The notes: generated by a model not told the origin, from the letters alone. A DNA stretch of 64,000 nucleotides from an uncultured Methanomicrobiales archaeon (GCA_963697895.1 OY969100.1:288001-352000), one strand, 5' to 3'. Shown: positions 51,052 to 62,144, numbered from the stretch's first letter. Translations and numbers: made by a program.

Positions 51052-53121
51052 TTACTTCGCCTCCGCGATCTTTTCGACCCGAACCGCACAGGCCTTGTAC
51101 TCCGGGATCTTTGCGATCGGGTCGAGTGCATTGTTCGTCAGCGTGTTCGCCGCACATTCCTTGTAATGGAACGGCATGAACATGACCCCTTTCATGATAT
51201 TCTCCGTAACCCGTGCGGGTACCCGGATCTCTCCCCTGCGGGTGACCGCCTTCACGAGTTCCTTGTTCTGGACGCCGAGTGCTTTTGCGTCCTCGGGGTT
51301 GATCTCGATCCATCCCGTCGGTTCTTCCACTTCGAGATCCTCGGACCTCCGGGTCATCGTCCCGGTATGCCACTGCCAGATGCAGCGGCCGGTGGTCAGG
51401 ACGAACGGGTATTCCGCATCCGGCACCTCTGCCGGCGGTTTCCACTCGAGTGCGTGGAAGACCCCGATCCCGTCCGGATGGGAGAACTTCCCGATGTGGA
51501 GGATGGGCGTTCCGGGGTGTTCCGCCGTCGGGCAGGGCCAGTGGAGGGCCTCGGGCCGGTTCAGCCGCTTATAATTCATCCCCCCGTAGGAGGGGGTGAG
51601 TTTCGCCATCTCGTTGAAGATGTCCTCGGCGCTCTTCCAGGGGAACTGCTTTGCGTACCCCATCTTCGCCGAGATATCCGCGAGGATCTGCCAGTCGAGT
51701 TTCGACTCGCCCGGCGGGTCCTGTGCCTTCCGCCACATCTGGACACGCCGCTCGGTGCTCGTCTGCGTTCCGTCCTTCTCTGCATAGCAGCAGCCGGGGA
51801 GCACGACGTGGGCGAATTCCGCGGTCTCGGTCAGGAAGATATCCTGAACGACGATGAACTCGAGGGTCTTTAAGGCCTTCTCCACGTGGTGGAGATCGGG
51901 GTCGGAGATCATCGGGTTCTCGCCCATGATGTAGAGCGCTTTAAGTTCGCCGGGTTTGTCGACCATGACATCCATCATCGTGGTGACCTCGTACCCGTTC
52001 TTCGGCTCGCAGATCCCGTCCGGGAATCCCCAGGCATCGGCGAACTTCTTGTGCGCCGCTTCGTCGATCACCTTCTGGTAACCGGTGAAAACGACGGGCA
52101 GGGCTCCCATGTCGCAGGCTCCCTGGACATTGTTCTGCCCGCGGAGCGCATTCACGCCGGCCCCGGGTTTGCCCAGGTTCCCGCAGAGCATCTGGATGTT
52201 TGCAACCGATTTGACGTTGTCGACACCGGTCGTGTGCTGGGTAATCCCCATCGAGTAGAGGATCGCGGTCGCGCCGGACTTGGCGATCCACTCGGCGGCT
52301 GTCCTCAACGATGCAACCGGGATGCGGGAGATCTTCGAGACGTTCTCCAGGCTGTATGTATCCTTCATTACGACTTCTTTCAGCTTGTCGAAGTCCTTTG
52401 TCCGGGTCTTGACAAACTCCTGGTCCTCCCAGCCGTTCCGGATGATCTCCTGCATAAGGCCGTTCAGGATCGCGACATCCGAGCCGGATACGAAGGGCAT
52501 GTAGAGATCAGCCTTCTTACCGGTCGGGGTCAGCCGAGGGTCGGCATAGATGAGCTTCGCGCCGTTCATCTTCGCCTGCATCACCCTCCGCCCGATAAGC
52601 GGGTGTTGCTCGAAGGTGTTGGACCCGAGGATAAAGACGCATTTTGCCTGGGCAATATCCCCGATCGAGTTCGTCATCGCACCGGAACCGAACGAGGCGG
52701 CAAGGCCGGCGACCGTTGACGCGTGGCAGAGCCGTGCGCAGTGGTCGATATGCCGCGTCTTCAGCGTACCGCGGGCGAACTTCAGCATCGCGTAGTTCTC
52801 TTCGTTGGATGTACGCGCCGATGAAAGACACGCGATCTCGTCCGGCTTGTAGGATTTCAGTTTCTTCGCGATCAGGTCATATGCCTCGTCCCAGCTGGCC
52901 TCGACAAACTTGCCGTCCTTCTTGATCAGCGGCTTTGTCAGGCGGTCCGGGCTGTTCACGAACTCGTGTGCATAGGTGCCTTTCGGGCAGACCTTACCTT
53001 CGTTGACCGGAGAGCGCTGGTACGGAGCCGTACCAACCACTTTCCCTTCCCTGACAACGAGGTTAAATGAACAACCTGTCCCACAGTACGGGCAGGTTGT
53101 CTGTACATATTTCACATTCAT
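51052..53121 (-). CDS. fdhA: Formate dehydrogenase alpha subunit (Cys-type)
   Basis: CPYCGTGC, CARLCHAST, LRGQNNVQGACDMG, KIPEYK. Confidence 0.97.
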   Translation of the reverse strand: MNVKYVQTTCPYCGTGCSFNLVVREGKVVGTAPYQRSPVNEGKVCPKGTYAHEFVNSPDRLTKPLIKKDGKFVEASWDEAYDLIAKKLKSYKPDEIACLSSARTSNEENYAMLKFARGTLKTRHIDHCARLCHASTVAGLAASFGSGAMTNSIGDIAQAKCVFILGSNTFEQHPLIGRRVMQAKMNGAKLIYADPRLTPTGKKADLYMPFVSGSDVAILNGLMQEIIRNGWEDQEFVKTRTKDFDKLKEVVMKDTYSLENVSKISRIPVASLRTAAEWIAKSGATAILYSMGITQHTTGVDNVKSVANIQMLCGNLGKPGAGVNALRGQNNVQGACDMGALPVVFTGYQKVIDEAAHKKFADAWGFPDGICEPKNGYEVTTMMDVMVDKPGELKALYIMGENPMISDPDLHHVEKALKTLEFIVVQDIFLTETAEFAHVVLPGCCYAEKDGTQTSTERRVQMWRKAQDPPGESKLDWQILADISAKMGYAKQFPWKSAEDIFNEMAKLTPSYGGMNYKRLNRPEALHWPCPTAEHPGTPILHIGKFSHPDGIGVFHALEWKPPAEVPDAEYPFVLTTGRCIWQWHTGTMTRRSEDLEVEEPTGWIEINPEDAKALGVQNKELVKAVTRRGEIRVPARVTENIMKGVMFMPFHYKECAANTLTNNALDPIAKIPEYKACAVRVEKIAEAK

Positions 53122-53606
53122 AGATTGCACCCCCGCGAAAAATATTCGCTATCGAATACTGTTTCAGGAGTATACTTTAAGGTTTTTTATTGCTTTTTTA
53201 GAAAAGTTCACCAATATTCATTGAGTTTTCCGAAGGGTTACCTGGAATTCATTTATATGTTGCTTAGTTCAGGTATATCGTCACACAAGTAAAAACCGGG
53301 GTAAAAACCCGGTGGATTTTTTTTTGCATAGGAATTATGGTATCAATCTGGAAAATTCCTGCGTGCGCGACCTTTTCAGTGTCGGTGTCTCATTCATCGT
53401 ATTTGCCGATAAAATCCGAAAACCCGGTGATACCTTGTGAAATGTCATAAGCTCTTATTTTCTGCCATAATACGGCTTTTCAAATCAGGTTACCGTACAG
53501 CCGAGAAGAAGGCGGGCTGCCTGCAATCTTTGAAGAGAAATAAAAGAGTGAAGGGACGCCTGCCGCACTATGTTCCCGTATCGGCGGCAGGGATGAATTC
53601 TCCTGC

Positions 53607-53975
53607 TCAGTCTTCCAGACCCCGGGCAAGTCTGATCGCATGTTCCACGGACCGATTGGATTCCTGGATTTTTCCGATCCGTTTCTGGCACATTCCCTTG
53701 TTGAACCACGATTCCGCGTTGTACGGGTCGATCCGGATCGCCTGATCAAAGCATTCGATTGCACGGGTATATTCACCGAGTTCATCGAGACAACATCCTT
53801 TGTTGTGCCACGTGGTGGCGGACGACGGATCGATCCCGAGCGCCTGTTCATAGATTACACGAGCCGATTCCGGCTTACCGGCAAATGTCAGTTCATTCGC
53901 CTGCCTGTTCAGATACGCTACTTCCGGAACGATCCTGATGGACGTTCCCGCTCCATAATTTGCTGTGTCCGACAT
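53607..53975 (-). CDS. Small TPR protein (alternative in-frame ATG at 54032)
   Basis: WHNKG, AESWFNKG; three TPR motifs. Confidence 0.9.
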   Translation of the reverse strand: MSDTANYGAGTSIRIVPEVAYLNRQANELTFAGKPESARVIYEQALGIDPSSATTWHNKGCCLDELGEYTRAIECFDQAIRIDPYNAESWFNKGMCQKRIGKIQESNRSVEHAIRLARGLED

Positions 53976-54071
53976 GTTTCGTTTCTCCCCCTCTGGGTTG
54001 TTGGTGCCATGGACTTCATGACCCCCGTCCATGGCCACAGAGAGAATAATAATTATTATAAAATAAAAATT

Positions 54072-54088
54072 TGCAAGCCACGAATGCA
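54072..54088. promoter_or_regulatory. Conserved inverted repeat upstream of TPR copy 1
   Basis: TGCAA-gccacga-ATGCA, 40 bp from the upstream ATG and beside an AT-rich TATA region. Confidence 0.55.
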
Positions 54089-54369
54089 CCACATAAGGGA
54101 TTTGCATCCGTGCTTCGTAACACTGCCGGACCCCTTTGCCGGGCTTCGCTGGCTGGCAGAGAGAGCTCACAATACGGGTAACGAAATGTTCCATCAGCAG
54201 GTATCCGGAGGATTATTATCAGGAATGGTTTATGTAAATCGCATGTCAGATAGCATCTTATTATTGAAAAACCCTGAATTCCGAAAATTTACTCCAAACT
54301 TCGAAATCTGTAATAAAAAGGAAAAACAGATGCGTATCAGAGCCCCCCCCGGCGGCCCGTTACACGATT

Positions 54370-54744
54370 TCATCTGATGTGCTCGTCCAATCCCATCGCC
54401 AGCTTGACTGCGTGATCGATGCAGGTATCGGCCTCCTGAACCTTTCCGATCTTTTTCAGACAGATTCCCTTGTTAAACCAGGACTCGGCATTGTACGGGT
54501 CTATGGCAAGTGCCTTATCGTAACATCTGATCGCATCTCCCTGCATGCCAAGTTCATCGAAACATGTCCCCTTGTTGTGCCAGGCAGTGGCATGGGTAGG
54601 GTCCAGTTCTGTGGCTCTGTTGAATAATTCCAATGCTTCATCCGGTTTTCCTGCATAAACCAATTCATTGGCCTCGCGGTTCAGATACTCGGATTCATGG
54701 ATTATCCGACCTTCTGTTTTCGGTGCTCTGGTTACTTCCGACAT
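54370..54744 (-). CDS. Small TPR protein, paralog (alternative in-frame ATG at 54801)
   Basis: YLNREANEL, WHNKG, IDPYNAESWFNKG; clearly paralogous to the neighbour. Confidence 0.9.
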   Translation of the reverse strand: MSEVTRAPKTEGRIIHESEYLNREANELVYAGKPDEALELFNRATELDPTHATAWHNKGTCFDELGMQGDAIRCYDKALAIDPYNAESWFNKGICLKKIGKVQEADTCIDHAVKLAMGLDEHIR

Positions 54745-54840
54745 GATTCCCCCATTTCCCCCTGTATCAGGTGATGTCCCCATGGGCCTCTCCCGGCCCA
54801 TGGCTGAAAAGAGAATAATAATTAATCTTAAATAATAATT

Positions 54841-54857
54841 TGCAAGTCTTTATTGCA
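54841..54857. promoter_or_regulatory. Conserved inverted repeat upstream of TPR copy 2
   Basis: TGCAA-gtcttta-TTGCA at the same 40-bp offset. Confidence 0.6.
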
Positions 54858-55379
54858 TAATATATCGGTTGAGCAGCCTTGCTTTGCAGTATTGCACTGG
54901 TTCTCTGCCTTGCATCATTGATGGGCAGAAGAAAAAAGAATTATCATGAGACGATCTTCTGATGAACCCATACTAAAAAAATCAGGGTTGGTATTCGGTC
55001 AATTCTCATTGTACTGGGTAGGTTACCCGGCGTCTCTACCTATCGCTCCGGAGTCTTAGACCCCGGGAAAAGAGATATCCCCGTGAATTCCAGAGAGCGG
55101 TAATCTGTGAGGCGAATACAGATCTTCCGGACTCATCCCCTTTCCCAAGAAATCTGAGTAGTGTTTCTTTTCACGACAATGTTGTTTCCCCGAATTTCCT
55201 GGCCAATTTAAACTCTTTTTAAGATGGAAGAGTGGCCAGGGTGCTTCCTCTTACCCATCAGAGGGCAAAGATCCATTTTCCGATGGATATCATAAAAAAA
55301 TTTGCCCGTCACTTCTGCCATGCAGATGCCTGATTCGGGAATGTTTAAATAAATCTCATGAAAAAGGGATGATATAATA

Positions 55380-58300
55380 ATGGAACTGGATCAGGATAAA
55401 TTACGGAAGATCAGGAGTCTCCTTAAATTAAACCAGAAGGGGCTTAGTATTACCGAAATATCCTCGCGGCTTAAATTAAACAGGAATTCGGTCGCTAAGT
55501 ATCTTGAACTGCTCTCCATATCAGGTCAGGTGGAGATGCATTCATACGGCTCCGCAAAGGTTTTTTATCTCTCGCAAAGGATTCCGTTATCAGCAATCCT
55601 TAATTTCTCATCAGATCTGGTCCTGATCCTGGATAACGATTGGAAGATCATTCAGATCAATGATCAATTCCTCCAGTTTTTCGAAGAAAAAAGGGAAAAT
55701 ATCATCGGAAAGGTGATCCAGGAGGTACCGGTTGATTTTGTCAGGAATCTCCCTGTGCAGGAGGTGATGAGCCAGGATAAGACCGAAGGAGAGACGATAA
55801 CCGAGAAAGAGACGGTCATCCGGGGTGAGCCCCATTATTTCAGGATAAAATTTATTCCGTCCATCTTTGATGATGGCAGCGAAGGGCTCACGATCATTTT
55901 GGAGGATATCTCCAAAGATAAATGGCACGAACGCGAGCTTCAGATAAACGAGGCGAGATACCGGGCTATCGTGGAAGACCAGACCGAGTTGATCACGCGG
56001 TTCAGGGGAGACGGCACGCTGACATTCGTAAATGAATCATGCTGCCGCTATTTCAACCGAGAACGCGGGGAACTCGTGGGATTTAATATGTTCTCCCTTA
56101 TCCCGGAAAAAGACAGGGAATTCGTGAAGGACCAGTTCACTTCTATCACCTGTGAACATCCTGTTATTACCCTCGAACACCGGGTCATGCACCCTGAACT
56201 GGGTATCCGGTGGCAGCAATGGACCAACCGGGGCATCTGCGACGATGATGGGCAGATCATCGAGTACCAGGGAACCGGCAGGGATGTCAGCGACAGGCGC
56301 GCGGCGGAAGAGAAAGCCTCACGATATTCAGCGGAGATGAAATTCCTTTCGGAGACGGCGATGTCTTTCGTCCGGGTCGCAGACGAGACAGATATCTACC
56401 GGATCATCGGGGAAAATCTGAGACCGATCACTCCTCCGGATGCAATTATAATGCTCGAATCCTATGAGCGATCGAACAACACGGTGACTATCCGTGCTGT
56501 CCTGGACGAGAATGTCCGTGAAGAACTCATTTCCGTGCTCAAACGGGATCCGGTCGGATTGGTCTTCCCCAACGAAGAATCCCTGGGGCTGGGACTCCGG
56601 GCCGGTTCGTTCATTCATCTGACCGGAGGGCTCTCCGGGGATATCCGTCGGGTTTTGTCTGCTCAGATCCCGGAACAGACTCTGTGATGCCCTGGCCGAA
56701 AAACTCAAAATCGGAGACATATTTATATTCGGCCTTATATCTGACCACGGAGATTTCTTCGGGCATGCGATAATAATATGCAGGACAGGAAAGCCGGTGG
56801 AGAACACGGGTATCATATCAGCCTATCTGAACCAGGCGTCTATCGCAGTACAGCGGGATTTTATGGAGGTAAAGCTTCGGAAGAGCGAGGAACAATTCAG
56901 GAATGTCGCAGAACTGTCTCCTTTCCCGGTATCCATCATAGACGCCAGTGATCGGTATGTGTATCTCAACGGGAGTTTCTTGCGGACCTTTGGTTACTCT
57001 GTCGAGGATATCCCGAACGGTGAAGCATGGTTCTCCCTCGCCTTTCCGGATCCGGAACTCAGGAGGAAGGCCAAAATCACCTGGAAGACGGATCTAGCCC
57101 GTGCTCTCCCGGGGGAAGTAAGACCACGGATATTTCCGGTAGTTACGAAAACCGGGGACTCCCGGGAGGTCCTGTTCCGGCCGGTGAAAATGTCGGATGG
57201 AAGACATTTCATCCTGTATGAAGATATCACCGAACGCCAGAAGTCAGAAAAAACCCGGAATCTTCTCGCTGCGATCGTTCAGTATTCGGATGATGCGATC
57301 ATCAGCAAGGCAACAAACGGCACAATAATGAGCTGGAATCCTGGCGCCGAGCGGTTGTTCGGATACGATGCGGAAGAGGTTGTCGGACAGTCCATCATGA
57401 TCATTATTCCACAAAACCTCCACGAGGGAGAGCGGGATATACTGGACCGCGTGCGGAGAGGGGAGCATATCGCAGATTTCGAAACCCTCCGGGTCCGGAA
57501 AGACGGGAAAGTCCTCAACGTATCTGAAAGCATATCCCCGATCTGCGATGAGAATTATGCTGTTGTGGGGGCTTCTTCGATCGTCCGGGATATTACCGAA
57601 CTGAAAGCCGAGGAGAAACTGAAGGAAACCGAGGAACGGTACCGATCTCTCGTGGAAAATATCAATGTCGGTGTATATCGAAGCACCGGTGACCCGGAAG
57701 GACGATTCGTCTGGGGAAATTCGTCCCTTGTTGAGATTCTCGGATGTGCATCCCTCGAAGTGCTGCAACAGGTCCCGGTGTCGGAGTTGTTCGTTATACC
57801 GGATGGGAGGAAAGAACTGCTGGACAAGTTAGAAAAACAGGGCTTTGTGAAAAACCAGGAGATCCATCTGAGACGATGTGACGGAACCCCTATCTGGGTA
57901 CACGTCACCGCAACCGCACGGTTTTCCGAGACGGGGGAAATCGAGGTGATCACCGGTATCGTCGAAGATATCACCGAATGGAGGAAGATTAAGCAGGATC
58001 TGCAGGTGGCGCAAAAAGCGATTCAACATCTGGTGGAATGTAACCCTGACCCCTCCTGTGCGGTTGGGGGGGACCGGAAAGTGATCGCCTGGAACAGAGC
58101 GATGGAAAAAGCGACCGGATTAACAAAAGCCGAAATAATCGGAAGATCGGGACTTGCGGAAGTAATGCCACAACTCGGGATAAAGCGGTCCCTGCTGGAC
58201 GAACTCCTGGACCTTCCCCCGGAGGTATTGAAGGAACAATATCCTGATTGTTCTTCAATTCGGAGAATAACACCGGCAGAACCGACAGAGCTGAGGGCTT

Positions 58301-58413
58301 TCGGGAACAATGAGGAACTCGAGGAGAAGATCTGCCTGTTTTATGGCCCGGACGGGAAATGCCATGGTGGGGTTGTCACCATCACTGCTCCTCCGAAGCG
58401 GGAATCTTCCTGA
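55380..58413 (+). CDS. Winged-HTH plus multi-PAS one-component regulator (+1 frameshift at about 56679)
   Basis: GLSITEISSRLKLNRNSVAKYL HTH; several PAS S-boxes (GRDVSD, YEDITE, VRDITE, VEDITE); the two ORFs join after a one-base deletion. Confidence 0.88.
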
Positions 58414-58571
58414 GCGCGATCAGATATCGCCTGATTACTTCAAGAGACGATCTTGACATAATTTTCGTATTAATATTAGGAAAAAAACATATTAAGAGAT
58501 CATCGGGTTGTTTACTCCCATCTCTTATTACCTGATTAACTCTTCATACGGCCCCTTTCCCGGGATCGGGT

Positions 58572-58913
58572 TCACCCGGAGCACTCAAAGCCACAGGATT
58601 CCTGATCGAAGGCATGCGTCTCGATAACCCGTTCGAGAGATTTGAGAACAAAGGCATCGAATGAATCTACTCCTTCCCAGGTCTCGACCCGGTACGTATC
58701 TCCTTTTCCCGGATGGCGGAATGCAATCACCCCTCCCCCAGAATCCAGTGTCGAGATGTACTTTGTCGCGAGGACAGCGAACCGGTTCGTATTTTTCACC
58801 TTTTCTTTCAACCATATGGTCACGGTCCAGTACGGCGCGCCCTCATCCGTTTCCACCTTCGCGTCGTTCGCAATTTCGAACGCCTTAATCTGATCTTTTG
58901 TAGTTTGTTTCAT
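58572..58913 (-). CDS. Hypothetical protein (113 aa)
   Basis: ATG with upstream GAGG and natural composition; no family recognised. Confidence 0.65.
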   Translation of the reverse strand: MKQTTKDQIKAFEIANDAKVETDEGAPYWTVTIWLKEKVKNTNRFAVLATKYISTLDSGGGVIAFRHPGKGDTYRVETWEGVDSFDAFVLKSLERVIETHAFDQESCGFECSG

Positions 58914-59057
58914 CGCCGTTCCTCAATGGCATTGCCTCATATAGCCGACATCTTCTTAAATCTGTTGGTCACATCGCCGGTACCGTTCATTCCTGTCAGG
59001 AAATCAAACCCGGTATTCATGATATCCCTTTTAAAACTCCCGGGCGTACACCTCATC

Positions 59058-60411
59058 ATGGATGCAGAGGAGTACGTCCGCCGTCGGATCTGTTCCGGGG
59101 CCGGAGATGATGAGATCTGCCGGGGACTTCGTGACCATATCATCCGGATCAAGGGATCGGCACCCGCAGAAGCGGAAGCATTTTCCCGTGCAGTAATTGA
59201 AGAGGTCAGACACACGCTGGGACTGACCGGGGATCTCTTTCGTTTCTATCCTGCAGGAGTAAGAATGGGGGAATTTGGGGTAGGTTCGCGGGGTACGGGA
59301 GATTTTTTCACACACCGCCAGATTGCCCGTGTCATCGGAAAGACATCAGCGTTCGTCGGCGTCGATGAAATGGACGATGCAGGCGCCATCCGGTATCCTT
59401 CCCCCCGTGGCTCTTCTGCTTCAGAACAACCCTTCATCATCTGTACCGTGGACGGAATGCACAGCCGGTTGTCTGATTTTCCCTTTCTTGCGGGTTTTCA
59501 TGTTACCCGGGCGACACTGAGGGATGTATACGTGATGGGCGCCCATCCGGTCATGCTCTTTTCCGATATCCATGTGGCCGACGACGGAGATATAGCCAAG
59601 ATCTTTGATTACACAGCCGGGATCACTGCAGTCGGCGAAGTGATGGGGGTTCCACTGGTGACGGGATCCACGCTACGGATCGGGGGAGATATGGTGCTCG
59701 GAAGCAGAATGACCGGGTGTGTGGGTGCCGTCGGTATTGCATCTCACCTGACTGCACGAAAGGACGCCCGGCCCGGTGACCGGATCCTCATGACCGAAGG
59801 AGCGGGGGGAGGGACCATCGCGACAGACTGCCATCTACTCCGGATATCCTGAAGTTGTCGATCATACCATTAACATCGACTTCCTCCGGGCATGCGAGGC
59901 GCTGCTCAGGAGTGACGTAATTGCGGGCATCCACGCAATGACGGATGTTACGAACGGCGGGCTGCGGGGTGATGTGTATGAGATCGCCGAGACTGCACAG
60001 TGCCGGATCGTCGTCGAGGAGGAACAGGTGGCCGGACTCGTCCAGCCGGATGTTCTCCGCATGCTCGAGGCGCTCCGGATCGATTATCTCGGCGTCTCGC
60101 TCGACGCCCTCCTGATCATCGCTCCCCCGGATAATATCGACGGGATCATGCGGGTAGTCCGCTCAACGGGGGTCGCTATCCGCGAGATTGGCCGGGTCGA
60201 AGTTGGAAGACCGGTTGCGGTCCTCGAGTCCGGAGGGAAAAAGCACGATTTCTCTCCGCGGTTTCGGGAATCGGCTTACACGCCGGTAAAAAAAGTTGTG
60301 GACCGTTATACGCGGGAATTTGATGAAATGAGCCGGGGAGTCGAACAGGCAGCGACTGCGGCTATAGAAAAGAAGGAACGGATTAAAAACCGTCTGATGG
60401 CTGAGAGATAA
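59058..60411 (+). CDS. AIR-synthase-related (PurM/ThiL/HypE fold) protein (+1 frameshift at about 59827)
   Basis: GVGSRGTGDF, DGMHSRLS, MTEGAGGGT, MTDVTNGG. Confidence 0.88.
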
Positions 60412-60423
60412 CAGATACTCAGA

Positions 60424-61149
60424 TCATTCCGCCTTCGTCCCGCTTGCGCAGATATTGTATGCAAGATAGGGCAGGCGCTTCTCGACGAAGGGTTCCACTT
60501 TTTTCGCCAGATCGTAGAGTGGATCTGCCAGATTAATATGGGCAAATGAGCATCTTTTCACGGTAATATTCTCAAAACCGGCCGATGAGAAGAGTTCTTC
60601 CATCTCCCGTTCTGAATAGTAATGCTCTCCAAATGCACCCATTCCGACGTGCCGGATCCTCATTGCCTCCCCGATGGAATAGATGGCGGGAAGACCACGA
60701 GTAAGGAGATTTTTTCCGAGGGTACACACGGAAACGGTTCCTCCCGGCCGAAGCACCCGCTGGACCTCATCGAGCATCATTTCAGGTTTCTTCAGATAAC
60801 TGAACGCAAGCAGACTGGAAACGGCGTCGAACGAGTTCTTTCTGAATGGCAGGAATTCGGCATTTCCAAGGGTGAACTGGCTCGTGCGGCACCGTACCTG
60901 TGCCTTTTCGATCATTCCCCGGCTGATGTCGAGTCCGACCACGACCCCTCCCGAAGCGACATATCTCCGGACAAACAGTCCGGTACCGCATCCCAGATCC
61001 AGAAGGCGTACCCCTTTGGGGATTCTCTCCATGACCGAGCGGCTGATATGGTTATAGTAACTGATACCGCGTTTCCGGTCGTACCGGTTGTCATAGACCT
61101 CGGCCATCTCGTCGTAATGCCGCTGAACCTTGGACTGCACAAGCGTCAT
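60424..61149 (-). CDS. Class I SAM-dependent methyltransferase
   Basis: LLDLGCGTG, LPF...FDAV, RVLRPGG. Confidence 0.9.
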   Translation of the reverse strand: MTLVQSKVQRHYDEMAEVYDNRYDRKRGISYYNHISRSVMERIPKGVRLLDLGCGTGLFVRRYVASGGVVVGLDISRGMIEKAQVRCRTSQFTLGNAEFLPFRKNSFDAVSSLLAFSYLKKPEMMLDEVQRVLRPGGTVSVCTLGKNLLTRGLPAIYSIGEAMRIRHVGMGAFGEHYYSEREMEELFSSAGFENITVKRCSFAHINLADPLYDLAKKVEPFVEKRLPYLAYNICASGTKAE

Positions 61150-62144
61150 GAGAAGATCTCCTGAATTATACGGGCGGAAAGCATATTCAGCTGAATATAC
61201 TCATTGTTGCAATGGCCAATAATATAATCTGTTTCTCCGATGGCAGCTGCAATCCTCGGATCATTGTACTCCCTTCTGACAATCCCCCTCAGTTCCCGCA
61301 GAACTTCACGGGACGATAACCCGTATTCGATCATGAGAGACTCGAGACGGCGGTTCGCTGACTGCAGATCACCGGAACGCATTGCCATAAAGGCAGCAGC
61401 TGCCAACATACCGCTTTCACTCCGGGAAAAGAGCGTAAGATCGAACGGCTGGCCGGATTCCACTGCAACCTGAAGAAGCATTGTCGCCCTGCGGAGATCG
61501 CCCCTGGCGGCCTGTACAATAAGATCGACCTGATCGTCCGAACATACGGAGTCCCTGCGGGATTCCTCGTTAAGGATAGATTTCAGCCGGGCAAATACGA
61601 GATTTTCGGGGATAGGACCGCAAAAGAAAGGGAAACACCGTGAGCTGATTGCAGGTATGAGGCCCGTGGGGTGCGGCGTGCAATACACGAACCTGCAGGT
61701 TCTTGAGAACCGTTCCATGATCCGGCGTAATGCCTGCTGTGCTTCTCTCGATAATGCGGCGGCATCATCGATGACTATCAGCTTGAACTCCGTATCGAGA
61801 GGGCGCTGGGATGCATACCACTTGACGATGTACTTGAAATTAGAAAGAAGGCTCTGGTCTTTCTGGTACAAATGGGCGTATCGCTCGTCCTGCTGCAGAT
61901 ACTGCTTTCCAAGGGAGAAGAAATCGCCGGCCTGGAAGAGCGGAGCATTTTCACACCAGTTATCTGCATACAGGCTCCGGGACAGACATTCGACGCAGAT
62001 ACTTTTTCCCGTTCCCGGCGGACCGGTGAAGAGGAGATGGGGGACACTCCTTGTCCGGGCAAAGGACCGGAGCCGATCGACAACCGGATCCTGCCCGATA
62101 ATATCTTCAAATGTTCTGGGGCGGTACTTCTCAATCCAGAGCAT
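61146..62144 (-). CDS. Replication factor C small subunit-like protein
   Basis: WIEKYRP, GPPGTGKS, AQQALRRIME, SRC, GDLR. Confidence 0.88.
   Translation of the reverse strand: MLWIEKYRPRTFEDIIGQDPVVDRLRSFARTRSVPHLLFTGPPGTGKSICVECLSRSLYADNWCENAPLFQAGDFFSLGKQYLQQDERYAHLYQKDQSLLSNFKYIVKWYASQRPLDTEFKLIVIDDAAALSREAQQALRRIMERFSRTCRFVYCTPHPTGLIPAISSRCFPFFCGPIPENLVFARLKSILNEESRRDSVCSDDQVDLIVQAARGDLRRATMLLQVAVESGQPFDLTLFSRSESGMLAAAAFMAMRSGDLQSANRRLESLMIEYGLSSREVLRELRGIVRREYNDPRIAAAIGETDYIIGHCNNEYIQLNMLSARIIQEIFS

Noticed and set aside
51052-53121. Selenocysteine in FdhA
   Set aside because: The active-site motif is CARLCH with Cys and the ORF has no in-frame TGA.
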